Notes: a model not told the origin generated them from the sequence alone. 63,819 nucleotides of DNA, filler included, from Rhabdomonas costata (GCA_019059605.1; 42 parts of 42 records of this genome joined end to end with filler, not necessarily neighbours in it), one strand, 5' to 3'. Positions 38,858 through 51,439 are shown, counted from the whole stretch's first letter. A program made the numbers and translations.

Positions 38858-39125
38858 AGTGCATTTATGCCACCCCTCCCTCCCTCCCCCCAATCTGCTG
38901 GAACCCGCACATGCATGTCCAGCGAATGAAACCTAGGATCTTGGGCCCTAGACATCCTGGAGAGAGTACCAGGGGAACCCATGAATCGCCTCCAAACCCC
39001 CTGCAAAACCTTCTATTGCAATTCCAGGGACCCATGCACTCTCCGGAAGGGGCCCATAAACAAAATGCACTAGTTCACAGCCCAGGTTGGACCCACCCCA
39101 CTGGGGGGGGGGGCATAAATGCACT
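38858..39125. mobile_element. Candidate MITE (268 nt, 14-bp perfect terminal inverted repeat)
   Basis: AGTGCATTTATGCC (38858-38871) and GGCATAAATGCACT (39112-39125), each extended inward by C/G runs. No clean target-site duplication. Confidence 0.35.
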
Positions 39126-41722
39126 AGCGCCGCGTTTTGTGAATGGTAATGGATCGTAATGGGTTGATACAAAAATCCAACCCTTGGCCGCATGGTTTCT
39201 GCCTGTGCATTCATTCGAAGCACCGTCACTTGTTTCCAGCCCTGCACACGTTTCAGAGATCTGGGGGTAACCTTTCCTAACGTTTTGGACATGGACCCGT
39301 GAAGAGACACAGACTTGGCAAGCCCCCTTCAATGCCGGTCGCTCCGCCTTCCCTTAAGGTTCAGATGCCCGCGGTCTCGAGGAGTCCGCCCATTCCAACT
39401 TCCACATCCAACGTTATGCCCGCGGGAACTAGCTTCCACAAGACGCAGTGGACAGGAAGCACCCANNNNNNNNNNNNNNNNNNNNNNNNNNNNNNNNNNN
39501 NNNNNNNNNTTAATTAATTAANNNNNNNNNNNNNNNNNNNNNNNNNNNNNNNNNNNNNNNNNNNNGTTTTTGGTCATAAGAGTAAACAAAAACTCAAGAT
39601 AATCAGGCAAACAATTCTGTATCGTTGTCCGTGGTCAACGTTGGGGCAAAAATTGGGCATATTCCATACACCTATCTCAACATTGAGATAGGTGATATGG
39701 GGGATATGGGTAGGGGATATGGGGGACGAAATTGACGACTCAGATGCTATTTTTTGAGTAAATTTTTTTTGTTAATTTTTGCCCATTTTCGGGGCTATTC
39801 TCTTTTTTTTTTCTATTTCGGGATATTGCACCTTCTTTTGGTAATTTCGGGCATTTTATGGTCGTTTTAGGTCAAATTTGACTCCTTTGGGGGGCTCCTG
39901 GAGACTTCATAAACCAGCAAACGTACCGGTAAACGGTAGATCATGGTGCAAGAAAGAATTTCATGGGGGAGGATTATGACTTAGGATCAAGAAGAGCCCT
40001 TGGGCAAGGAGTGCCAGAAAGTTTTTTACTGTGTTTTTTTACTGTGGAGAGGATCCTTTTAAATTGAGTTTGTCTGAACTGGCTTCAAGCCTTATGTTTC
40101 TTTCGCGCAGTCCCTGGGCTCTGCCCGAGTTCGGCTTTTGGCATCGTCCGCAGCACCTTGAGCAGCCAGGCTGGTGAGTTCTACCTTGCACTACCTGCTG
40201 CGTTGCTCTGGGCCTGGCCCCCTACTTCATTCCATTCCATGCTGGTGACACTGACTGCTTGGCAGACCTGCTTCCGGGACATGGGTCGATTTTTGGATGT
40301 TACTTCTTCCCATGTTTTCGATCTCGTCGGCTGCGAATTCGCAACGTTCATTTTCATTTTGGATGAGAAAGGTACGTTCTCGGTATCCTCGGACTCCGAA
40401 GTTTTTTTTGAGGATATGCGCGCATTGGGATTAGAATTTCATGTTCAGGCTGCCTAAACTTATGGTTGACACTGGTCTCGGTTCTGTTTTTTTTTAGTTC
40501 ACTTAAATGCTGCACTCAGGAGTTCTCTCGATTCCAATGCGCAGTGAAGTTCGCTAAAATCGGGGCCTTCTAGGTAGTGCTGATTCGCAGCGTGGGGTGA
40601 ATCTTCACATAACAATTTTGCAAGTTTTCGTTTGAGCCAAGCTTTGCCGACACAAAGGAATCCAAGTTACACTGCAAATTCAAGTGAAGTTTCCGATTTT
40701 CTGGATAGAAAGGGACCCAGCAGCGTCCCGGGAGGATCGTCCCACGAAGAAGGAGCAACCCCACTGACACTGACACTGTGGGAAAAGGTGGAGGGAGGGA
40801 CACATGAGAGGCAGGCGGGATCTCCACTCTCCAACATGGAGAGCAGGACGGGCGCCCCCTCGGAAGTGGGCTGTGTTGTCATCTATTTCTGCCCTGAGTC
40901 GGGCAAGAAAGTTTCACAGATAAAGCAAAAACACACCCTGGGGAAGCAGAAAGGCACATCCCAAAAAAGAAAGCAATCCAAAACCNNNNNNNNNNNNNNN
41001 NNNNNNNNNNNNNNNNNNNNNNNNNNNNNTTAATTAATTAANNNNNNNNNNNNNNNNNNNNNNNNNNNNNNNNNNNNNNNNNNNNTAGTGGTTGTTAGCA
41101 TTTGGCCGCCAATCTCTTTTGTCCGCGGCAGACCGGGTTGAGTAAAAATGCTAAAGATGCTTGAGTTCAGAATCAAACCTTTTAGAGCCAATTCAGTTCA
41201 ACACAGCGGGGATGAAGGGTTGTGGATCCACTGTGAGGACTTCGATGTGCCCGCACGCAGTGACTATCAGTCTTTCTTTGTTTGCGTGGGTCTTTCCCGG
41301 GGCATCCGTCGGCGAGAGGGCGAGCCAGGACTTTGATTCTGCTCCTGGGCCTTTTGAGTTGGTCACTCAGTGGTTCATTGAGAGACAGGCCTCCTTTTCT
41401 CAGGCGGCGTTCACACCACCCACGAAAAAGCAGAATAACCGCAGTGCTTTTTCAGGGTACCAAACCTGCAGAGTGAAAACGCCGGAGTGTCACATTGAAA
41501 GAAACGAAGTTCGGTTCAGGCCAACCAGGGGCGGTCGAGTCAGCCAATCTCTGTCCGTCTAGTCTCAGAGATGAACAGGGCAGATGGGATGTTCGACAAG
41601 CTCCAAAGGGCAGCGCAGTGACTGCTCTACTGAATGTCTTTGAAGAACTCATTGGTGGCCTCGGTCCACCTCAAAACCCTGGGCATCAAGATTCGTCTAT
41701 CGCCATCACGACACGTACTCAC

Positions 41723-42269
41723 CCACAAACAGGAGGGCAGTATGGACCCCGTCCGGAAGCCGCCTCGTCCAGGAAATACCACCTGACAGAGTACCACCCT
41801 GTAAGATTGTGCATCGTCAACTAGCCGAGGGGGGGGGGGTGCAGTATTGTTACAAGATCCGAGATTTCTCGATGTGCGTCCAGGTGAGGGCGTTACTTTC
41901 TCTCTCTCTCTTTCGCGAAACCCGGTAGCACGACCGGACCCGAAACGCGAACCACACCACACTGCAATGAACAAAACAAGCGCAAACGAGTGCACAGACA
42001 CCTCCACGGGTCTTCCACCGCCGGACACTGATGTGTCCCTGCTCCCCCGCAGACTCTGTGCCCGTTTCCGCGCCTGGGCCGTTGCCATCTTCAGGGGTGC
42101 CGTCACGAGAGCTGCCGACGCCCACCACGGGGGGCTCAAACACCGGGGAGGTGACCCAGCCGTAGATCCGGCTCTTCGCCAGGAAGGACTCGTCGTCCTC
42201 TTCCTCGGGGGCCTTCTTCTTCCCCTCAGCGGGCTCCTCGGGCTCGGGGTGGGCACTGCTGGAGGAACC
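41723..42269 (-). CDS. Hypothetical protein, partial (exons 42269-42002, 41820-41723), apparent frameshift at 42129-42134
   Basis: GC3-rich AG/GT-bounded exons: EPEEPAEGKKKAPEEEDDESFLAKSRIYGWVTSPVFEP, and LTMHNLTGWYSVRWYFLDEAASG in the downstream exon. Confidence 0.55.
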
Positions 42270-42805
42270 CTTTGGGGTTAGGGAGCACAAAACACTGGAC
42301 CCCAGGCCAGTCACTTCCATTTTTGGCGGCTCATGTCATCTACAACTCAGGGAAGAACCCTTTGGGAGAACAAGACAACCCCTAGGAATCATTGCAGGCC
42401 CCTCCCCCTCATCCCAACAATGTGTAATGACCCCAGAGACCGACAGGCGTGGATAGTTACTAGCGGAACCAAAAAAAAAAAAGAGGAACCCAGACACACC
42501 CAACACNNNNNNNNNNNNNNNNNNNNNNNNNNNNNNNNNNNNNNNNNNNNTTAATTAATTAANNNNNNNNNNNNNNNNNNNNNNNNNNNNNNNNNNNNNN
42601 NNNNNNGTTGGTTGGTCTGTTCCTCGCCTTTCCGGTCGTCAGAAGCAAGAGAGTGAGAGTGAGCGAATCAAAGAAGAATGGGGGTTCAGGCTCGCGGATC
42701 AGGGCAAGTCCACAGCTATGCAAAGTTCCAAGCACGAGCAGCGGACCCCCCCCCCCCCAACGTATCAGTGCGCGCAAGGCTGCTGTTGAGCGCGAGTGCG
42801 CGCGC

Positions 42806-44000
42806 CTGGAGTGACCCTGAAGCTCAGGTTATTCACAAGGGTGTGGTTGGTGGGGGTATTCACGGTGACGTCCTCGAAGGCAATCTCGTTGCCTTCTCGA
42901 AGGTGGGCCAGGTGATCCCTTTTGTCCGCCTGCAGGTCGTTCAGCGCCTGCACGCACGTGCGAGGGGTGCGAGGGGTACATATTAGTGAGAGCTGCGGGG
43001 TGTAGGCAACAAAACGACACGAAGCCATGGCTGGTTCTTGCTGATGCCTAGTGCTTCATCCAGTCCCTACTGCTCATGAATCCATTCATACGAAAGCAGC
43101 CCTATTTATGTGACTGCGTTGGGCGAGGAAGTTCACTACTCGCAGTAATCCCAATGAAGCGTCGCCAAAAACCCATAAGTGAAGCCACGATAAAATGAAA
43201 TAGCACAAAACCAGGCTGTAAGAACCCTGGGTATGGGACAGAGGGTAATTGGAAGCCACCTCGAACAGAGTGCCGATCCGGGAGGCGTAGCCCGACGACT
43301 TGCTGAGCTTGCGGACGCAGAACGCCAGTCCACCCACGGCGGTCATCGCATTGATGACACAGGAGGTGGTGTAGCGCATCCGTGACAGCGCCACCCCGCT
43401 GCTGTCCATGGTGCCGTCTGGCGCCCGCCCGCCCCCGAAATACGGCCCCAGGATCACGCACATCGCCACCGTGCTAGTGACGTACTTCAGCAGGAAATCT
43501 TCAAACTGCGACAGCAGCAACAGCAGCAACAGCGACGCCAAAAAACACTGCTGCACGCACGAAATATAAACAAATGAACTCGCACCGTCGCCTCTGTCTC
43601 GCCATAGCGTAAACACAATACATGAAATAGCAACGAGAAGGAGATGAGGGTGCTGAGAAGAATGGCTCAGTCGTCCACATCTCCACATATCCATGCGACG
43701 GCAAACCGATACCCAACTGTCTTCCTACCCTCTCCCTGTCATCCAGCAAAAAAAACCACGCCTAAGAACCCCAAAATAGGAAAAGTGGAAAAGATGAAAA
43801 GTGGCGCACTGCTGAACAGCAAAGATACACACCATGCTGTACTGGAGCTGCACGCCCAAAACGCGGCCCGTGTGGGAGAGAAGCTCCTTGAGGCGAGCCT
43901 CGATGGTGCTCCGTTCCAAGGCGTATCCCCCAAGGGCGGCAATGGATTCCGCGTTGCTCGCCAAATGCCCGTGGGCATCGCGGTAATCTGCCTCCAGAGC
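42806..44000 (-). CDS. Peroxisomal ABC transporter, subfamily D (exons 44000-43833, 43505-43260, 42947-42806)
   Basis: LEADYRDAHGHLASNAESIAALGG (EAA-like motif), FEDFLLKY, KLSKSSGYASRIGTLFE and IAFEDVTVNTPTNHTLVNNLSFRVTPG are ABCD TMD-to-NBD motifs; phase-0 introns. Confidence 0.93.
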
Positions 44001-44128
44001 CTGCAACAAACCGGCAGGATACCCCCCANNNNNNNNNNNNNNNNNNNNNNNNNNNNNNNNNNNNNNNNNNNNTTAATTAATTAANNNNNNNNNNNNNNNN
44101 NNNNNNNNNNNNNNNNNNNNNNNNNNNN

Positions 44129-45263
44129 GGTGGTTGGTCGCAGTGGTCTCTCTCCCGCAAAGGTCGAAAATTCGGGTCTTCGCCTGCTTCGGCCTTCAGT
44201 AGCTCTGCAAGTTTTTGGGTGGGTACTTTCTGGTGCTATTCCCGCTGTGGTGTCGGCCTGCCCTCTGGACCTTCCAAAGCTCAAGGAGGCTTTGCTGGTC
44301 GAGGGCTCTCCCTTCCGCGCCACAGCCCCATTGTTGCGCGAGGTGCTTCGTCGAGGTGCTGCTACCGGCGGTGGGGGTGGTGAGGCACCCCTACCCCACC
44401 GTTCGGGCGGGGCCCCTGGGGCTCGCCGTGAGAAAAGGAAGAGGGGTAGGCAGCCCGAGCCCCATGTGGAGTGGAGCGCCGAGGCCCTGCGGGCAATGGT
44501 GGAGGAGGCCGTGCAGGAGGCCACCGGGCTGCTCCCGGCGAAGGCGGACACACCGCTGACGGAGCTAGGGATGGATTCCGTGGGGGTTGTGGAGTTCCGT
44601 AACGCCCTGCAAGGGTCTGCATTGAAGCGTCCTCATTCACCGCCCCACTCCAACTCTTTTGCCCTTGTGCCTGACGGGCTGTTTGATTCCATTCTTTTTG
44701 TCGCAAAGGAAAGAGAACTTAGGTTTCCGCGTCGGTCCCGAACATAGGTCGGATGGAGCTATTGGTTCTCAACTGTGAGGGTTCCCGAAGCATTGGCATT
44801 GAAATTCATCTGCGGGTGCACGCATTTTGTGAATCTTTTGTGTCCTTAAGAAATTTTGACGATCCGCTTACTGGGTGTTTTAGGGCGTTGTTTGAAAAGA
44901 GAGCTGGCAAGAGCACTTACCAACGTCGAGTAATAGAACCCAGGCCCGCCAGCTTTGCCACCTTTCCGGTCTTTTGTATGAATCTCCATTAAGTTAACCA
45001 AACAACCAAACAGGCGCTTCCCGTCCGTGGCGCTCCCTCTGGAGTCGATCCTGGAGCGTCCCACGGTCGACGGGGTGGTTGAGCTGCTACTGGGCAGGCT
45101 TCCCACATCCTCAGCAGCAGCGGGTTCCTCAGCCCCGTCCGCAGCTGTCGCCGTCTCGGCGGTGGCAGCCCCTTCGCCGCCTCAGCAGCAGCAGCAACGG
45201 TTTGCTTCCGTGGAAGAGGTTCCCGTGGAGCTGTACACGTTTGAGAACCGCCCAGAGTACAAG
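44129..45263 (+). CDS. Type I polyketide synthase fragment: post-ketoreductase linker, ACP and start of next domain (exons 44129-44614, 45014-45263)
   Basis: DTPLTELGMDSVGVVEFRNALQG|RFPSVALPLESILERPTVDGVVELL is an ACP with the phosphopantetheine site GMDS and a closing PT motif. It is preceded by a KR C-terminal-like segment SGLRLLRPSVALQVF...VVSACPLD. Confidence 0.85.
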
Positions 45264-45924
45264 GTGAACTCCCCCTCCAAGACAAGCACCCACCCGCACG
45301 AGCGCAGGGGGCGGCGGCACTCATAAAACGCTCGGAGGATGTGCAGGGTGAAATTGGGGTTAGGGGGTTCGCGTCCAACGGTTTTAGTGGGAATTGTAGA
45401 TCTCTGGCAGTCTTTGACGCCGGGATGGGTTGAGTATGCGTCGTGTCCCACGGAGGAGCGGAGGAGGGCCGGTGTGAGGATGAGGTGCGACGCATACTCA
45501 ACCCATCCCGGCGTCAAAGACTGCCAGAGATCTACAATTCCAACCAAAANNNNNNNNNNNNNNNNNNNNNNNNNNNNNNNNNNNNNNNNNNNNTTAATTA
45601 ATTAANNNNNNNNNNNNNNNNNNNNNNNNNNNNNNNNNNNNNNNNNNNNGATGTAAAGGGGAGTGGTGGGGAGGACGAACACAGTGGCAAAGAGACCCCA
45701 TGTTGGATGAGGGTGGACAGATGGTAATGTTCCACACTATTACATGGTACAAAAGAAAAAGAATCTTTGCAATATTGCCCCAGTAAACGAATAGAGAGGA
45801 CAGTGTTGGAAGACAGCAGAGCACAGCAGGAGATGAGGCAGAACGAGAGGGTGAATACAACCCTCATTTGAAAAGAGGACGTGCAGGAGAGCCTCTGTTG
45901 GGTGGCAGCAGGGTTGGTGAGGGT

Positions 45925-47042
45925 TCAACCGATGTCTTCCACGTCGTCGAAGGGCAGAGCGGTGATGTCGGCGAACATAAACGATGTCACCTGCCCCACA
46001 CCAGACTCGCTCCGGATCATGTCTTCCACGGAGGAATGCTTGGCAATCCCGTGCTGGTCGTTGCCGGTGCCAACGATCGAGATAATCTGAAATAACAGAA
46101 AGCCGAAAAGACAAGTACGGACGCTGAGGGACAATGGGACGCGGGCGGCGCCCCAGTTCAGCGGGCAGAGAGCTGTGAGGCAGCTGAGACAGCACAGTGA
46201 AGAGCTCCCGATTAAGCGGTGGACGTGAGTAGGATTCAGTGAGGAGGCTAGGCGGGAAAAATGTGACCTCTTTTGTATAGTTCTTGTGTGGACCGGGAAC
46301 AGAAACCGACTGCGCCTGACTCTCTGTTCGCCATTCCTGACATGTGCATGTTTGTTTTGATGCAGAAGTCCCCTTTTGTTTTCTTGTCTGTTCGCGCGCT
46401 TGCGTGTGTGAAAAGTGAAAACTCGAAAACACTCACTCACTCACACGCTTCCGAAAGATGCCGCTAACTGCCCCCCTCCCTGCAACACTGATGACAACCA
46501 CCACAACCATGCGCGTTTTTTGCTGATGGAAAAGGGTTGTAGGAGCGAGCAGAGTGGCATCGCGCACCGAGGAGAAGGCATTGGGAGGAATGTGCAGTTC
46601 CACGTATCCGGTGAACTTCTTGTAGAGCTGGAAGAAAAGCAAGTCATCAGCTCAAGTGAGATGGATCCCCTGGGACTCGCTGGAGGTAAAATTGGGAAAT
46701 GAACCGTATTTTCTTGCATTTTGGTTTGTCAAACGGACAGTCAACCTCAACAAAGGTAGTCACGGAGCTAGGAAGCCATCCTGCAAAGACAGCATCCAGG
46801 CATCACTGCTTTGAAGAAGGGAAAATTATTAGCCCCTGTGTGCTATGCAAACGCACAAAATTGATAGGAGCTGTCAAGACATCTGTAGAGCCACGGCAGG
46901 TCAGGACTGTTCATTGCTCAAGACCTCGGAGCGGTAGTAGGCCGCGGCGTTCCGCAGAAGGCCCTCGACAAGGTGAGGCTGCGTCGCCGGGGTCTTCAGC
47001 ATCCCCGCCTGCCGGCGCTTCCACAGCAACGAGGAGTACACG
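45925..47042 (-). CDS. Hypothetical protein C-terminus (exons 47042-46925, 46627-46568, 46086-45925)
   Basis: Three GC3-rich exons join in phase 0 to a stop: ...LLRNAAAYYRSE|LYKKFTGYVELHIPPNAFSS|IISIVGTGNDQHGIAKHSSVEDMIRSESG...DIG*. Confidence 0.7.
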
Positions 47043-49303
47043 CTGAAGTGAAGGGTAAAAACACACCCCCNNNNNNNNNNNNNNNNNNNNNNNNNNNNNN
47101 NNNNNNNNNNNNNNTTAATTAATTAANNNNNNNNNNNNNNNNNNNNNNNNNNNNNNNNNNNNNNNNNNNNACCCAAGCAAGTACCCGGTCGATGGGGCAC
47201 ATTACTGCCCATCCATGCAAAAAAACGCACAGAGCATGATGGCTGCTTACGCTCTGTGCCACGTCTGTAACTCACAATTTCTTCCGTGGAAGACTATGTG
47301 GAAGGACGGAGACCGTGGTGAAGGGGGAGGGGGACAAAAACAACGGAGACGTCGGAGCCAAGTGGTAGGCAAAGGGACAAGGGAAGTCACATCCTGCGGT
47401 ACCACAGGAAGGATTGCGAGAATATGAAACGAACCGCATCCCTCCTTTGGGCTCTACCTTCCCCCATTGGAGGAGCGCTTCAGAAGCACTCCAGAAAGCA
47501 AGCAGTGTATCGTACAGAAGGATGCAACGGAAGACACGAACTCCAGTCGAGACGAACAGAAAGTCTCACTTGGGGTTAGTGCTTACGGAAAAGCCTTAAC
47601 GAACCGACTTCTCAACAAAAATCACACGAGCTTCTCTCTTTTTGTTGAGATCTGTGGGCTTTTGAGGTTTGCCCCGCTTCGTGGTCGCTTCTCCGGGTGC
47701 AATGCACACGCACACGATTACGGGCATACACAGAAGAGAGCCTAGCAGCCCTGAAAGCCATGTGGCTCCCCAAAACTTTTCTTCGGTCCACTCAAACATT
47801 CGCTCAGCAAACCAACAACCGTTGCCATAGGAGAAAGAGTATGTCCGTGTGAGCTTGCGTGAGCAATGCACTGCGCCAGGGTAAGCATCCGAACAACACA
47901 TCCCAACCGCCCTTTGGGTGCCCTTGCAAAGACTTCGACTCTCCATTTCCTTTCTTCTCTACCTGCACACAGGCTATATCGCACTTGGTGTCATTTCTTT
48001 GGCGCTCTGGGTGCGTGTGGGGGAATTACCCGCGGTGCTGACCTACAGCTGCAAGACCACATCTTTTCCAGTTGTCTGTCTATGCTCCGCAAGGTTGGTC
48101 TTTCCCTGGCATTGGTTGGCATTTGACCCAAACATGTACAAATTGAATTAATTTAAACCGCATCACTTAAACCGCACCGCCGCTGTCCGCAAATCAGACC
48201 CCCTCCTTGTCCCTCTCTTGAGAATCCTGTTTTAGCATATTCTTGGATGGAGAATTTTCCTCTTAGTTCGAACACTCGAAGGGGATGGAGAGCAAACAAA
48301 GGGCTGGGGCGAGAGAGCGGAGATTGGTTCAGTTCCGTTTTACGACCCGGCCGCAGCGTTGCATAGCAAAAATGTGGTGGAAACAATGTCCTCGGCAATA
48401 AAGAAGAGACTTTCCAGAACGCAACCCACTCCTTGGATGCGAAAGGGCGGGAAGAAGTGAAAGTCTCCAAGTAAGAGGGCATAATATTACCAAAATGCGC
48501 GTTCTTGGGCCCTTTAGAAGCTGTGCGGTACCTCCACCCCCATGGGGTACTTCTCAATAATCTGCTGCAGCGCCCGAACCGCAGGGGGCANNNNNNNNNN
48601 NNNNNNNNNNNNNNNNNNNNNNNNNNNNNNNNNNTTAATTAATTAANNNNNNNNNNNNNNNNNNNNNNNNNNNNNNNNNNNNNNNNNNNNTTGTGGTGTG
48701 AGCTTTGAGCCTTCTTGTCTTACATCCCCGCGGGTCAAAAGAATCTCCACTGCAAACGACCTTTTTTTTGCAATTTTGGACGTATTTTAGCATAAGGATG
48801 ACGGTAATCAAAGAGAGCTGACTTTCGGGAATTTACGAGGATAACACGCAATCGCTGGGAAGGATCCAATCCTGCGGTCATATTTCGACACAAAAAACTA
48901 ATCTATAACAAAAACTAATAATAAAAGCTGATAAAAGCAGTCTCCCATTGGCAACGTACACCGCGAGGATGTAAGACAAGAAGGCTCAAAGCTCACATCA
49001 AGTCCAGGCTAGTCCCGGGCCGCTGGAAGTAAAGTGGTTGACCAGATTTAGGTGATTCAACTGGCGGGGGGGGACCCGGGTCGGATTTACACGCTCCACA
49101 ACTCAACTCTTGGCAATTCGGTATCTTGTTTTTTTTTTGGCGACCCACCCGATGTTGCCACGAAGGCTTGTGCCAGTGTGCCTACGCATGTGTTCAGGCA
49201 CCAGATTGGAAAACGCTCACACGTTCAGTACGGCATACGCGCCGCCCGAAAATAGGGAGCAGAAGGAGGGGTGGGAGGCAGATTGGCGGTGGCCCCCACG
49301 CAC

Positions 49304-49787
49304 GCCTGGCCGGATCAGCCAAAGACGTCCCAAAGGGCATCCTCAGCCGCCCGAGGGACTCCCAGTGCACCTCCCTCCCCGCCGCAGAAAGCATCGCGAA
49401 AAGCGCTCCCATTCGGCACACCTACACGGAGGCGGTGGGGGAGGAGGCAACGGAAACCATGGAAGGGTCCAAAAGTGCGTTTCCCAGAAAAAGAGGCCTT
49501 TAAAGGCTCAGAATCCGGTCCGGCCCTGCCCATCATGGCACATTGGCACATACATGGGACGTCGCCCAACAAAAATTGCGAAGAAAGTAGTCTTGCCCCC
49601 CTCCCACCTCATTTCCGAGGGTGGCTCCTGCCGATTGGTGCAGGTCCTACAGATCCGGCAGAGAGAGGTCAAGGTGGTTGCGGCTAGAAAAAAAGAGACG
49701 TCATGTGCACACCCCAGAAATGTCCCCCATGATCCTAGAGAAGGCGCCCAGGCTGACCTCCCCGTAGCTGAACAGCATGCCCTTGCC
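49304..49787 (-). CDS. Hypothetical protein, partial (exons 49787-49713, 49646-49608, 49421-49304)
   Basis: In-phase GT-AG joins: GKGMLFSYGEVSLGAFSRIMGDISG|DLHQSAGATLGNE|VCRMGALFAMLSAAGREVHWESLG. Confidence 0.45.
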
Positions 49788-50487
49788 CTGCGCAACATCA
49801 AGAGGTCCAAAAGAACACCCTCAAGATCTGAAGGTCTAAAGGTCTAAAGGTCACCCTAAAGGATAAAACGAAAAACGAGTTGGTGCGGTTGGTGCAACAA
49901 GGGCAATCAAGATTTCTGTGAAGAATGAATGTCTTTTCTGTAGGCCGCCTGAAGGCTGGCTGGACCAAAGCATAACAGGGTACCCCTATTCCCAGAATCC
50001 ATGGGACCCCCACAAAGTGAGGCCGGGCTGTTCATTGTACCGCTGAGGGGCTGTGCAAGCTGGCCTAGACAGTGTTACTACTACTTGAGGTACCCCCCCC
50101 CTCCATATATGNNNNNNNNNNNNNNNNNNNNNNNNNNNNNNNNNNNNNNNNNNNNTTAATTAATTAANNNNNNNNNNNNNNNNNNNNNNNNNNNNNNNNN
50201 NNNNNNNNNNNGTGGTGGTTTGCCGTGGATTTCTGTGGGCCTGTTTATTAGTAAACTCACTCAAAATATCGCCGTGGGGCAAAATACTTCCGCTGGCAAC
50301 ATTTTTCAAAACTCTTTAAATTTTGTCCTGGCTCCGGTGATAGATGTGTAGCAGCTCCGTGGACCAAGTCTTCTAAGAACGTTCGCTTGACAAGAAACAT
50401 TTCAGAACCGGTGGTTCTGTAGTCCACGTCCACTTCACATGGTTTTTTGGGTATGCAGCTTTAGAGTTTGGCTGCTTGCGAGTTTAG

Positions 50488-51439
50488 ATGGGCCTGCGAG
50501 TGAATCTAGTGCTGCTGGTGGACCAGCAGCCTATTTTGGGCGGGATTGACGCCAACACGGAGTCCACCCTGGAGAGCATCCGCCGCACCAACACCGGCAT
50601 GATGATCACCCTGGGAGTGGTTGTGGTGGTGGCGCTGTTGTGCGCGCTCATCATTAGCTGGCTGGTGACGATCTCGATGTCCCGGCTGGCACTTGGGATG
50701 GACATGCTGGTGTGTCCGTTTGTAGGGGTGCGACGTGCGACGGCAACGCTGCTGTTTGAATCCCCTCCCCCAAAAAAACTTCTTGGAGGCGTTGAACTTC
50801 TTTGTAATGAAATTGGCACCCTCCGCTGCGTGGGGCAAGAAGCGGCATAAAAGGGATACCAGAGAGCCGCCAATGGGGTACCACTACCCTCCGAGGGTGA
50901 AAGGGCAGAAAACGTAGCGTTTCGGGATGCCTGTTGTACATACAAAAGTCCCCGGGCCTGCTTCAGGCTTAGCCCTCGTCTTCTCCGTAACACCGTGCAC
51001 CCTCACACGCCCTACCCTCCTGCTCCACTGGCTCCACTTCTGCTTGGCTTAGCTACACGTTACCGCGCTTCTCGGTTCAGAATTGGTTTTGTCGAAGGAA
51101 TCTATTCTGCAGCATTCCCACAAACCCCCCTCCCCCGCACTGCTCTCTTCTTTCTGTCAAGGCTGCTGTTGTTTGCGCCGGACTTTGACCACTGCGGCGA
51201 ATGATGAATAATTTTTCTTCTGCGTCTTTTCCTACCCGAGTAGAAAGTCCGGGGGGTGGGGGCAGGGTTCCGACAAAAAAGCTCCCATGTGCGCACGTAC
51301 TTTGGTATCCCTATTTTTCCCATTACAATTCACAGGCCCTGCTGAAGCTGAAGGAGGGCCGTGATACTAGCCTGCTGGGCTCCCGCTCGCAGTTCACGGA
51401 GGTGGCGAAATGCGAGCTGTCCTTTGTTGCCCTGGAGAG
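50488..51439 (+). CDS. Receptor-type signalling protein, TM helix plus HAMP-like linker, probably adenylate cyclase (exons 50488-50709, 51336-51439)
   Basis: TM helix MMITLGVVVVVALLCALIISWLV, then VTISMSRLALGMDML|ALLKL...SQFTEVAKCELSFVALER, matching the HAMP pattern (S.F.EV..L..SF..M) seen before bacterial-type class III cyclase domains. Confidence 0.75.

Noticed and set aside
40111..40173. AG/GTGAGT-bounded short exon candidate
   Set aside because: Two frames are open and no partner exon or motif identifies the product.
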